A stretch of 63,071 nucleotides of DNA, filler included, from Aduncisulcus paluster (taxonomy: Eukaryota), in the NCBI GenBank assembly GCA_024181965.1. It is 13 parts of 13 records of this genome, joined end to end, with 100 filler letters (N's around TTAATTAATTAA, not from the genome) between each part and the next. Parts side by side here need not be neighbours in the genome. Positions count along the whole stretch, not along the records: positions 46,651 to 56,901 come from BQXS01011764.1; positions 57,002 to 59,045 come from BQXS01011765.1; positions 59,146 to 61,040 come from BQXS01011766.1; positions 61,141 to 63,071 come from BQXS01011768.1; 9 more parts are not named here. One strand, written 5' to 3'. A program made the translations under genes and the position numbers. This document shows positions 49,601 through 62,335 of the stretch, piece by piece (the first letter of the stretch is position 1; every line of letters begins with the position of its first letter). The notes under the pieces are model-generated. The model was not told where the DNA came from. It was given only the letters and a program-made list of their open reading frames with translations, and made no database searches.

Positions 49601-52600
49601 ATTGAAGGAAGCTCATTTGTGAAAATATCATCAGATGTGAATGTAGAGAAGGCACATTTCAAGATGGAGGAGAAGATGACCTCAAGAGACTTCTTGGAAG
49701 GGAATGAGATATTGAAAGTTGAGAAATGGCTCACGAAACGAGGGTCAACAACATTTCTACCTCCACCTCCAGGCTGAGTAGCACAGAGAGGGAACACTTG
49801 AACAATCTCCTTTAAATTCTTCTCACCCTCACGGTCATATATACCATGATAACTCACAAGATAGTGCAATAAAGCAACAGGTTGTTGTGTTCCATACTCA
49901 TCAATGGTGGGCATAGACAAATCGTCAATGAAGAAAGCCATCGAATGACCACTGGGAGGTCCATAAGTGTTCTTCATACGCTTCTCGAGGGAATCTTCCA
50001 GAGTTCTCTGTACATCGAGGGCAGATGTTCTTGAGGAGAAGGCGATTGTAAGGGTAACCCACTCTTCTCTTGACAAGGAAGCAAGATAGTTGTTGATGGT
50101 GACAGTCTTGGCAGTACCGGACTCTCCAACGAAAAGAACAGGATCGTGAGTGTTCATGAGTTGATCGAGCAAGAAAGTGTGTCTGGTGGTGTCGACAGTG
50201 GATACAAGAGAAGAGAATAACTTCCCAGGATCACCAGTGGGGTTGGCTTCGAATGGAGACACTTTATGTTCCCATGGAATCCATCTACGAAGTCTCATAT
50301 CGTAGAAATGGTTGTATATTGTCTCTTCGGTACCAGGAAGACAGCCAGAACCAACGTCAGAGTCCTTGGTTTCAATAATATTTAGACCAGAGACACGCTT
50401 AAGTTTCTCATCAAAGTATTTACGATCATCATCAATGATACAAGCACCAATACTCCACACAACACAGAAGACAAACAGACCTTCAAGAATAGACCTGTCT
50501 TCAAGACCGAGAGAAACTGCCTTGTCATCGGGAGCACCTTGTCTGACAGCAACGGGATCATCTTCACCCTTCTGACGTGTGATCTTGACCTCAGCGTCCA
50601 TGTTCTTCATGAGGGAATCAAGCATTGTGCACAACTGGACGACAGTATTGAGAGGTGTGATTGGCATAGATAACCTTAACCCATTAAGACCAGGGACATT
50701 CTCAGCACTAGCGAGAGAGTCGGTATCTTCATCACTCTTCTTTGCAGATAACATGTCTTCTTGGGCAGCCTTATCCCCTTCAAATACATACTCAACAAGA
50801 GGAGGCACATATTTCTTGAACAAACGATCAAGGATCTCCACTTGGGGAGGGTGTTCACGACGTTTGAGGAATGACTTGAAGACACTGGAATAGCCAAGAT
50901 CTTTGGGATCAACATATACCATACCACAACGAGAAATAGTGGCTGGGGAAGCGTATTGAAGGTCACCAACTTCGAACAACATCTTACAGTGATCACGAAG
51001 GGAGATACGTTCACTGTTTGGCAATGTAAGAAGCTTGGAATCATCCAGAACGGAGTTAAGATTCTCAATCCACAATGTATCGACATCTCCATCGAACAAG
51101 AGATTCTTCTGGATCCTTTCCCCTTCGCCAATGGGAGTATTGTTCATTGTTCTGAACATGTTACTCAACAAACCATCAGTCCAATCATGAGTAACCGGAT
51201 CCAACACACCATAAAGCTCATTCACAGTCTGAGCCTTGGGATTGATCACTTTCGTCACAGTCTTGAGCTGTAAAGAGGTCTGAGCCATTGAAAGAGCCTT
51301 GATAACAACACTCTTTCCACCACTGGTGGGACCAACAACCATAGTAGCATGTCNNNNNNNNNNNNNNNNNNNNTTGGAATCATCCAGAACGGAGTTAAGA
51401 TTCTCAATCCACAATGTATCGACATCTCCATCGAACAAGAGATTCTTCTGGATCCTTTCCCCTTCGCCAATGGGAGTATTGTTCATTGTTCTGAACATGT
51501 TACTCAACAAACCATCAGTCCACTCATGAGTAACCGGATCCAACACACCATAAAGCTCATTCACAGTCTGAGCCTTGGGATTGATCACTTTCGTCACAGT
51601 CTTGAGCTGTAAAGAGGTCTGAGCCATTGAAAGAGCCTTGATAACAACACTCTTTCCACCACTGGTGGGACCAACAACCATAGTAGCATGTCTGGCTTGC
51701 ATTGTTTCATATAACTGTACGACCTTATCGACTTGAATCTCCAAGATCTCGAGTCCCATTTCGAGGATAGCATCTTTGATGGCATCATTCAGCTCAGCAT
51801 ATGGCACCCTAGGACAGTGCAATGAAGGGAAGAGATCCTGAATAAGCCCCTGGAAGAGGGGAGTATCATCATAAATAAACTTAGGTTTGTTCATATCACG
51901 CAGGGCACGCATAATAACAGCAGCTTCATCGTGTTCGGGAGCTCCGCGCATCAGAGAACCAGCCATGACAAGCACAGACTTGAGAGCCCTCAGACCAAAA
52001 TCGTAGTGATGTTGTTTGGACAATTGTTCTTGAGCCTGAGCATAAAGGACAACCATTTTCTTTGCAAGTGCACGGGCATCTCTAAATCCTTCAGAGAAAA
52101 GCATGTTCTCACAGATGAGCTCAAGATCAGGTCTAACCATAACAACTGGACGGAACAGAGCTTTAAGATTGTCAGGAAGCTCGGTACGACCAGCATATCC
52201 GGGATTCATAGTAATGAAAATACCAACTTTGGAATTGAGTCTGACATCATACTTTCCAAGAGTACATCTGGGAGCGTTTGTGGCGAGAGCTTGCTGGAGG
52301 GAAGCAATCTGAGCACTCAACACACTCAGAACAGAGGCTTCAATACGATTGAACTCATCCATAACACCCCAAGCACCCACTTGAGAAAGACCAGCAAAGT
52401 ACATGGTGAGTGAGGCAACATCCATAGTACTACTGCAATTAAGAACATAACATGGGAGGGCTAAATTCTTGGCAAGATCCTTGACAGTCTCAGTTTTACC
52501 TGTTCCTGCAGGACCAGCAGGAGATCCACCAAGGTACATGGTCAGAGCTTGGGTCAATGTCATAACACAACGATCTGTCAAAGGTGTGATAACCAACCTG

Positions 52601-55600
52601 GACAGCAAACCAATGAACTCGTAACCATATAACAAGCTTCCAGTACATTGACGAACACGAATGTCATCAACGTCACGATCCCAGTAATATCTGAGTTGGG
52701 ATTCCCAAGCAAATGATCTTGACTCAAGAATAGAATCACGAATGAACCTGTCGACAATATCCTTGCTATGAGCCTGGATAATGATCAAAGTGTTAATCTT
52801 CTTTCTTTGATGGCTTGTAAGGTCATCTCTCACTTTCTCAACCAACATGGTAATCTTTGAGAGCATTTTCTTTCCAAGATTCTTCATTGCACGGACATTA
52901 CCCTTGCTAACCTGCTTGAAGGCATCCTCAACCTCCCATGTCCACCAGATTTGATCACCAGCGAGACCGACCATCCCAAGTTGAGAGAATAACCATTCAA
53001 TGTACTCACAATGGGCGTACTCATACACTCCCTTCTTTGTGATAGCGTGCAGGCTCTTTCTCATTTCTTTCTCGACCTCACCCATCCAGACTTCAACAGC
53101 GCCTTCGGTCATCACGGGAGAAGCGAATGGGAATGTCTCTTTCTCAGCACTCTCCATGCCTACAACCTTGTTGTTACCTTCCATAAGGATACGGGCAGTA
53201 TTGAGGTACAACTTACTCATGTGAGGCTGAACAGCAGATGGATCAGAGGTACCAAGAATGGAAAGGAGCTCATCGTTGGAAATGAAGTAGAAACGGGCGA
53301 AAGAGGCACGTTTGGTGGCAAGATAGTCACGAAGTTTCTTCTCACAGGTATCCATGAGTTGTAAGACAGTACTGAGGGAACTCAAGGTCTGTTGGTTACA
53401 AGCTTGGATAACATAACGATTCTGAGAGGTTTCAATCATTAACTTTCTGAAGATCTTATCAAGAGTCTCGAAACGTTTGGCTTCGGCTGGCAACTGAATC
53501 TTGATATCATCGGCACCGACAAAGATTCCCTCGAGATACAGCCATCTAATCTGAACACGAATCCACAGATCACTGACTTCACTGACAAGAGCAATTCTCT
53601 TTTCCCATGTCCTGACTTCAGAGGCAAAAGGAGCAACGAAAGCACTCGAATTCATACCTTGCAGATCAGAGGTACTTTCTTCAAGGTTCTCAACTATGGT
53701 ATCAACAGTCTTGAGGATAAAACCACGCTTCTCATTGCCCTTTGAGTGTTCAGCAAGCTCGAACATAATGGATTCCCATTTAGCCTTAATTTCATCCAGT
53801 TTCTTCTCAATCTTAAGTTCTTGGTATGCACACCCAACAATTTCTTCAATCTTCTCAATGTGACGAGACAAATCCATGGCAATCAGCGAGGAGAGTGAGA
53901 GGTTCTCAATCCCATTCTTACCAACTTCAATAGACTCTCCAGTAACATCAACAAGACGTTTCCAATGTCTGGGACGCAAGGAGTCACTTCGGAGGGATTG
54001 GAAGAGGGGAATAGACTTCTTGAAGGCTTCAACACGATCTTTAACAATCTGATAGGCAAGATACTCAGTGCATTCGGAAGGTAATTTAGCCAATCTATGT
54101 GTCAGAGTGGTGGTTCCTGTTTGTAATTCCTCGACGTCAAGTCGAGAGAACTGCATTCCTCCCCACTCAGCCATTTTTTCATTTACATTATTCCAAATAT
54201 TGAATATCAGTGTGAAATTCTTAAGTTGGTGTTCAACACGACCGAGGACGACAAATGGAGTCTCCGGGAGCTGGAATAAGACTTCAGCATCGTGAATATT
54301 CTGCTTCTGAACCAATAATGTATCAACCTTCTTGTTAAATTGCTGGAGAGTCTTGAAAGCATCATCCATTCTCTCTTGAGTCACAGTCATTTCAGACTTG
54401 GGCTTATTTTGCTCAGCAAGAGCCTGTTCAACATCGGGGACTGGCAATTTGAAAACATCAAATCCATCAGGGAGTGGTTCTCCATTTTCTAAAGCTTCAA
54501 ATACCTGTTCAATGAGCAAACGTTGATCTTCCTCTTCACTCGTCTCGGCTTTAACGATGGAATCTCCGTCAATTATACCAGCAACACCTTTGGGTGCATC
54601 CACAATGGCATCAGATTCGTCGTAATGCTCATCGGCATCAACGCCAAGTTCTTTCTTCTTTTCTTTCGTCCGGTCTCTGAAGCCCTTGATTTGACTGGAA
54701 ACAGCATCTTTCTTGCGCACATCAACTTTATCAGCAATGACGGCTGCAGGACCAGTGTGAATGAGCTGTCTGGCAGTGGAGATGCACACGGCAAGGAAAT
54801 CGAGAGAGTTCTTCTGTGTTTGTTTACAAAAGCCCATCTTTGTGGGGNNNNNNNNNNNNNNNNNNNNCTGTTCAATGAGCAAACGTTGATCTTCCTCTTC
54901 ACGCGTCTCGGCTTTAACGATGGAATCTCCGTCAATTATACCAGCAACACCTTTGGGTGCATCCACAATGTCATCAGATTCGTCGTAATGCTCATCGGCA
55001 TCAACGCCAAGTTCTTTCTTCTTTTCTTTCGTCCGGTCTCTGAAGCCCTTGATTTGACTGGAAACAGCATCTTTCTTGCGCACATCAACTTTATCAGCAA
55101 TGACGGCTGCAGGACCAGTGTGAATGAGCTGTCTGGCAGTGGAGATGCACACGGCAAGGAAATCGAGAGAGTTCTTCTGTGTTTGTTTACAAAAGCCCAT
55201 CTTTGTGGGGACAATATCAATGTCTACTTTCTCAGCCAAGTGGCGGAGATCCAACCACTGCTCACCGATGGAAAGACCATGGGTCATCTCTGGGACAGTG
55301 ACATGAATAAACTCACAAGCCTTGTCATCCACACGAACACGTTTGGCGTCACCAGATCCAATACCAGCAGATATGATTCCATGTTTCATTAAAATCTTGG
55401 GACGGACATAGATAGCCTTGGAAGCACAGTCACCAGCACTTGATCCAAGAGCACCCGGAGTGAGAGCTGCACGACGCTCAGCCGCAGTCCCATGCTCTGT
55501 GAGAACATCCTTCTTGAGATCATCGAGTGATTTACGAGCGCGTCTTTCATAACCATATATACGCAACAATCTGTAACCCTCAACAACGGCATCGCAATCA

Positions 55601-56901
55601 AGCTCAATCAACATATGATTCTTGCGGATGAATGAGATGGCAGAGAGAACATCTTGGAGCTCCTCGAGAGTCTCAGGGGTCTGGACAAGCCTTGAACGGA
55701 GGTCATCGAATTGGTTAGAGAGTTTACGAAGCTTGGGTCTCCACAAGTTCATGACAACACACAGATGAGCAACCATCCATTTGTAAGCATGTTGGACAAC
55801 AGAATTGGCAAGAGAACGAGGGTGAACTTCAACGAAATTAACGACAGCATAATCCTTGGCATCATCCACGGGGGGTAACGATATCTCTGTCCCCTGTGAA
55901 TGACGGCTTCCCTCGATCTTCTGCCTAAACTCACTCAGTTGATGACCAATGGCACTGCTCGAGTCATCCTTGGAGGAAAGTTCTTCAAATGAAGAGCTCA
56001 GCAGAGCCTTGACTTCATCTTGATCACCATTTTGATTGACTGCAGTTACGTTATCAACAATAAACCTATAATAATTGGCGAGTTCAGCGTCAAAGTCAGA
56101 CAAAGCAGGTTCTTTAGCCACGAACTGTTCCATAACTTGTTCTTTGTTTCTCTTCCACAAGAACTCGTGTTGTTCCCAGGAAGCAATGTATCTGTTGGCG
56201 CTGGCTCTAAAGTCGGCATTAAGAGCGTTGATCTCTCCAATCTGCTGCTCAATAAGGTTAATGTATTCGGGTTTGGCAGCCATGCTCATTTGCCACTTCC
56301 TGAACTCCGGTGATAACTTCTTACTCTTATCACGCTCACGTTGTTGAAGCTGAACGTGGAACTTGAATATACTCTTGGGAGCAATAGCGGGGAAAGGAGG
56401 GTATGTGTTACGGTTCATGACTGGACCAGTAGGGGCAACGGTAGACTCACCAAGAACACTTTGAGAGGGAGAATCCTCCAGGGAACGATGAGTAGTGCCT
56501 CCACGATGAGACATGAGCCCATCCTCACTGCGTCTGGACATAGAACCGTCACTACGCATGGACATTGTGCTAGAACGACCTGAACGAGCTGTTATACGGC
56601 CTGAACGGGCAGTGACACGACCAGTGAGATTTGAGGACTTGACTTGTTTCTTAACCTTCTCTAACTCCTTTGTTTGGCTTTGAGCAGCTTCTTTTTCCTT
56701 TCTCTCTTTCTCTTCACGTTCCCATTGTTCACGTTCGTTCTCAGGAATACAAGTACCTGGGATCCATGAGTAAAACGGAACAATGGAACCAACGATGAGC
56801 TGGGCAATACGAACGAGCTCTTCATCGACCTTGGTGAGTGATGGTGTCATCTTGACTGAATGTCCGATCAATTGGGCAGATACCTGGAACAAGGGAAGGA
56901 T
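46651..56901 (-). CDS. DNAH10: Axonemal inner-arm dynein heavy chain (I1/f alpha type), partial at both ends, one frameshift at ~49272
   Basis: AAA1 RLVITPLTDR...GPAGTGKTETVKDLAK; AAA2 GPTSGGKS, NPKAQTVNELYGVLDP..WTDG; AAA3 GESGTAKT, FSSRT, DEYGTQQP; AAA4 GVGGTGKSSL; stalk; AAA5 start CIDPQ. The subtype call rests on recalled motifs. Confidence 0.85.
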
Positions 56902-57595
56902 NNNNNNNNNNNNNNNNNNNNNNNNNNNNNNNNNNNNNNNNNNNNTTAATTAATTAANNNNNNNNNNNNNNNNNNNNNNNNNNNNNNNNNNNNNNNNNNN
57001 NCAAACGTTGTGGAGAATGCAAAAATGGAAAGCACAGGAAACACATTGGCAACAGAAACATCGAGCCAATGATATTCACAATAAACTCGAGTCGTATTCA
57101 CAATATTCATAGATTTCAACTGCAACTTATCGGCATATTATGTCACTTTAGAATCCAATATGTAAACAAAACTGGGACTTATGAAACGATTTTGTATCAG
57201 GAGTGGATTCACAAGGATGGCATGCAATATATAATCCAAAGAAAATGTTCATATATTTTTATGTATATATTATGCGATATCAATTTCAAAGATGGCCAAT
57301 TGAGAGTTGTAAGTTTGGTGGCCATCTTTTCCCGCTTTTAGAGCAAATCGTATGTTTACTATATGTCACATCTTTTATTAAATGTATATTAAGATATATA
57401 TTAATTGGATCCATTCAATTATACTCACTATATTGTGCTGTGTGGTCGTTTCTTGTTCGTTTTGTTCATTTTGTTCGTTTTGTCTTTGTTTCTCGGACTG
57501 TTCTCTTTGAAATTCGCAATTATTCTGTTCGTTCACAAATACTATTATTATTCTGCTTGGTTTTATTTTTTAGATAATATTCTATCTCTATTCAA

Positions 57596-59045
57596 ATGAG
57601 TTCATCCCCTGTGATTCAAACTGTGGAGCCTGAGTTCGTTCATGAAGGAGATGAGGCTTGTTGTCCAATTCCTAGAGATGCCCCCAATATTAAGAGTGCA
57701 GAGTTTGATTTGTTGAAAGCAAAGGACCAAACCAAGAAAATACTGTTTGTGAAAACAACAAAGTATGACCAGACTTCTGCAGCACAATATATGATGAAAG
57801 GAGAGTGGAATGATGGACATTTTACAAAAATATCCATTCCTTTCTCCTCTTCCCCAATGAAAGGTGCTTATATCTGTCTATCAAGCTTTTCACCTCCATC
57901 ACACCTTATCTTCACTCTCAAATCTTCAAAGGGTGATAAAACATCCAAGAAATACGAGTTTCCTGGATTTAAAGGTTTTCGTTGGTATTTCCTTCCTGTT
58001 GATCTCCCTGATGTTGTTTTGTGTGAAATTACAGGGAAAGGAAGAAAGAAAGAGTGGTTTGGAATCGATTCCCTCGTTTTCATTAGAGATGAAACCCCTG
58101 AAGAAATCACATCTCGTGAAGCCAGAGAGAAACTATGGTCTGAAACTCCAGTTGTGAAACCAGAGTTTGTGAAGGAAGGAGATAAAAATAGTTATGGGAT
58201 TTTAAATCAAGATTCTATTCCCATTCCACGTGATGATCCAAAGCTTGTAGATCCTTCATTCTCAATAGTTAAGTGCAAGAATGACAGGTATAGTAAGGAA
58301 TCTGAGGAGTATGATCAGAGTTTAAAGGCACAAAGAATGTTGAAAGGGGAATGTGGTGTTCGCTTATCTCATCTTTCCATCCCTTTCCCATCACCCAGTC
58401 CAATGAAAGGTGCTTATATCTGTGTGGGTAAGAATACAAGTTCACCCTCTCTTCTCTTCACTTTCACTGATTGTTATGGTAAGAAGACATCCAAGAAGTA
58501 TGAATTCACAAGACCTAAACATTCATATGGCAATTACTTCCTATTGATTTGGATAATGTTGTTTCATGTGAGATTGAAGGGAAAGGAACGTGGCGTAGAA
58601 AGAATTGTCGAGATTTCATCATCTACTCCCTTGTTTTCCTTCGAGGTGACGATATTCCCACCTCTCCTCCTCTTCTTTCTACTGTTCCTGTTCCTTCCAG
58701 TTCCTCCAAGACACCCACATCAACTTTGTCTTTGCCATCAAAACCTGAGAAAGAAGTTGTGAAAGAAGAACAAAAAGAAAAACAACAAATTGTTATTAAA
58801 GGAACTGATAAGGATCCAAGACCAAAAGACACCAAACAGAAGAAACATAAGGATAAAAAGAAACATAACCCCAAGGATGGCAAGTCCAAGTATAACCCCA
58901 AGCACGACTCGCTAACCCTGACATCTGCAGCCACGCTGACTTCACAGTGCATCATTGGCAGTGGTGGGTTCGGAGAGGTTCTTCTTGTTCTTATTGATGG
59001 CATTCCTTTCCCATGTGTTCTGAAGAAGATGCTTCGGATTGCGGA
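57596..59045 (+). CDS. Lineage-specific kinase family member (paralogue of 1-1326), frameshift ~58530, 3'-partial
   Basis: Same duplicated domain, then IGSGGFGEVLLV...VLKK. The frame changes near CATTCATATGGCAATTAC, where the paralogue reads HIFEWHFLP. Confidence 0.8.
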
Positions 59046-59145
59046 NNNNNNNNNNNNNNNNNNNNNNNNNNNNNNNNNNNNNNNNNNNNTTAATTAATTA
59101 ANNNNNNNNNNNNNNNNNNNNNNNNNNNNNNNNNNNNNNNNNNNN

Positions 59146-59700
59146 ACGGCGTTTCTGATCTAGGAAGGAATCAAATCTTGCGTTTCTATTCCTTCTCTTC
59201 CCTGACCCATATCCATATGGTGTTGCTCCATAGCCCCATGCTGTGTCCGAGAGTCCGTTTCCAAATGCCCCTTTGAGAGCATTGGCCGATTCTGTTGCTG
59301 TTCTCTTTAAATCTCCAAAGGCTTGTTTTCCAGTTGAAGCCAGTTCACTTCCAACGTTGGAAATTGTTCTTATTGTATCTTGTGCCTTGTCTGCAAAGTC
59401 GGATACTTGTCTAACGAGGTCGCCGCTCTTTGCCTTATTGTATATCTTCCCAAAGAACTTGCCAGCCTTTTTAAGGGCACGCTTGATGCGTCCACGTTTA
59501 CCTCCGGCAACCGAAATGATCTTGTCGATGCTGAAATTTCCATCGGAAATATCGTCAACCAAATTCTGATAAGGGGCAACATATAAAGCAGGACGTTCAA
59601 TAATTCCATCAAATTGAACGTAAGGATGGATATATAATGGGTCAAAGGGATCACGGATTCCCCAGTTTCCCAGATTAATTGGAGTGAAAAAGGTAGCCAT
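59146..59700 (-). CDS. Unknown protein resembling viral core/membrane-lytic proteins, 3'-partial
   Basis: MATFFTP...VAGG-KRGRIKRALKKAGKFFGKIYNKAK amphipathic basic helix; GYG motifs; basic tail. Confidence 0.55.
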
Positions 59701-60258
59701 AGTATTTGTAAGCAAAAGAAAGCCATATGATACACAGGGACACACCATTGTTGCGGTACATACTCCCAGTCATTGTACATACACTAATAATTTAAAGATG
59801 TGGCACGGGAAGTAAGGTTGCCGAAGGCAGATATCCTTGGGGGGAAAGGGTAGATGGGGACGGGACCATTCCAGGCTTAGGCAGATGGCAAGACCTTGTC
59901 TTCTCTCCTTTGCCGGCGCTGTTTTTTGTGTGCTGGTGTTTTGTGTGCCCCCCGCCTGCGGGGAGAGGGGGTGTGTCGTGTGGGTGTGCCCCTTGAAGGT
60001 CACATGCGTGCCATCCTCTGTCCACGGCACACCCAACGTCGCCACCCGCTCGTCCCGCAGGCCGACACACGCCAAGCGGCACAGAAAACAAAATTGCCCG
60101 CAAGGAGAAAGCAAAGAATACAAGATCAACGTGGGCTTATGTATGTGATGATAATCCCAACTCGAACCGATCCATCCAAGCCCCCCCTGATCTAGAGACC
60201 TTTACCCATAAGGTATTTTCTGTGATATGTTGACCCTTTGGTTTGCGTTTTTTGTTAC

Positions 60259-60627
60259 ATGGACATTGTTAAGATCGAACAGGCTGAACGTGCTTCTGCG
60301 CGTCGCGGTATTGTACGTGCCGGGAGTGATGTGTCTACCAGCTTAAGTGATATCGTTGCGTCCGAGTTGAATGGCCCCGATGCCTTTTATAATCTTCTCG
60401 TTGAGCTTTCTAGATACGATGGGAGTATCCGTAGTTATTATGTGATCCAATCTTTGATGCTAGCAATTGAGAGGGACGGTATAGCCGACTGGACAACCTT
60501 ACATTACATTCCCGTTTCTCCCTTTGGAAAGGAGCACGAATTTTACAAGGAACGGGTAGATATGCACACGAACCCACGTAAATGGCGTGGTCTCCATGCC
60601 ATATTGCGCAATTTCAACTTCTGGTGA
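60259..60627 (+). CDS. Hypothetical protein (122 aa), divergent from the 59700 ORF
   Basis: ATG 60259 MDIVKIEQ..., globular-like composition. Confidence 0.45.
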   Translation: MDIVKIEQAERASARRGIVRAGSDVSTSLSDIVASELNGPDAFYNLLVELSRYDGSIRSYYVIQSLMLAIERDGIADWTTLHYIPVSPFGKEHEFYKERVDMHTNPRKWRGLHAILRNFNFW

Positions 60628-61141
60628 GTTTGCAGTAAACTACTTGTGAATATCTGGTGACCATTTAAGTTATTCGAGAAATACATGTGTGCACATGTGC
60701 ATTTTTTTATCCTTTTCCTTGCCAATGTGGCCAAACTAACTATAATGCGGTCCAATTTATTAATAAACAGATCTCGAGCGAACCAATCTATTTTGAGAAT
60801 GTCCCTGAGAATGGTCACCACATCCTCCTCTCACTTGAAGAGGGCATCTCATGGCCGAAACCCTGTTCTCCTCTTCGTGATCATTCTCTTGGCGTAACAA
60901 ACAACTATTATTTAAGCAAACAACACTCTTTGACCCGTTTATAGTAGCATATACCGGCTACAGACGGTATTCTGATCAAAATGGGCGCATGACGCATACA
61001 GCATCAATGCAAACATGAACACACATACAATCACAATCAANNNNNNNNNNNNNNNNNNNNNNNNNNNNNNNNNNNNNNNNNNNNTTAATTAATTAANNNN
61101 NNNNNNNNNNNNNNNNNNNNNNNNNNNNNNNNNNNNNNNNT

Positions 61142-61483
61142 CTACCCTTCTTAACATTAGGTTCCAAAGAAGATGACCCTGATATTAGATTTGCTAAAGG
61201 AGCACATTACTTATTTAAAAACCACGAACTTGACGATTCAATTGTGCAATTCATTGGATCTAGTGCAGATATTGATGGTGAACCAGCTGTTCGAGGTTTA
61301 ATTTTTGATTATATTAATGTTGCTTCAATTTCTGGTTATAATTTATTCTACATGTATTGTCCAAGAGTTATTGGTAGTGTAAAGAAGTCTGTAATTCACA
61401 GAAAAGTGAAATGTGCAACAGCAAGGGAATTGAAATTCATTTCCATTGAAGGAAGTATTCTAATTTGTCCTCTTAGGAAGTAA
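61142..61483 (+). CDS. Hypothetical protein C-terminus, 5'-partial
   Basis: Frame open from the contig start (LPFLTLGSKEDDPD...) to TAA 61483. Confidence 0.4.
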   Translation, partial: LPFLTLGSKEDDPDIRFAKGAHYLFKNHELDDSIVQFIGSSADIDGEPAVRGLIFDYINVASISGYNLFYMYCPRVIGSVKKSVIHRKVKCATARELKFISIEGSILICPLRK

Positions 61484-61748
61484 AATGATCACTTTTAAAA
61501 AACAATAAAATAATCTTTATGACTAGTACTAACGATATCAAAAAATACTTGGGCATGACCATTTATTTTTTGAGTCAGACCCAACAACCATCATGTTTGT
61601 GCGGGACATGTGTCCAACCCAAAAAAGTTTTCGTTATGCAGGTAAGCCAAATAAGCCCACTCCGATGGCTTTCCCAGCCCTCGCCAAGAAATGTGAGAAT
61701 CTGTCGGTTTTGAACATGAGGGCATCGAAACTAGTGTTATTTATTGGT

Positions 61749-62230
61749 CTACATCTGAGATTTATAATTTAAGTTCATTTGAGTCTGAGTGATGTGCTGA
61801 GTCACTTCATCTACTTGCAATTCATTGGCATTCCGGCAATCTGGAAGCTTTTCAAGCTCTAATTTAAACAGGGGTGCTTCAAGAGCTTCCGAAGCAAATG
61901 GTCTCTTATCGGGGCTAAAAGCAAGACAATCGAGACAAAGTTGGTACATTTCGTCAGGAATTAAACCCTTCAATCCTGGATTGAGTTCATCACATGCATA
62001 TCTTAAGGAGACAATACTCTTCCCCATTGCATGTTCACTTGAAGGCATTGGAACATCAGTCCCTGTCTGTAATATATCAGCGCCCAACTCTGCACACCCC
62101 TTAAGGAAAGCATCGGTGCCAATGAAAGCCCTGATGGCCATAATCTCGTACTACTTAAGTCAATAGTATTGACTATATACACAAACTGTGCTTCGGGCTT
62201 AGACCCGTTATTAATGAGGCTACTGAAACA
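61749..62230 (-). pseudogene. Protein kinase C-lobe fragment, CDC7-like
   Basis: ASLITG..P(fs)..EIMAIRAFIG...AELG..I....SLRYACDELN...IPDEMYQL...CLAFSPDKRP.ASEALEAPLF; upstream subdomains are missing or degenerate. Confidence 0.6.
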
Positions 62231-62335
62231 GAGAAACTCTCCTCCAGTTTGGTATCATTCATGTCCCTGCCGAGACTCAAAAGAGAGATCACCAATAGTA
62301 CAGTATAGACACATAGACATCAGGCTAAAGAAGAA

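Noticed and set aside
46684..56583. Many antisense and alternative-frame ORFs over the dynein gene and other long CDSs
   Set aside because: Shadow ORFs caused by codon bias.
60155..60200. Pol III A/B-box-like motifs on the minus strand
   Set aside because: Imperfect B box, very short spacing, no cloverleaf.
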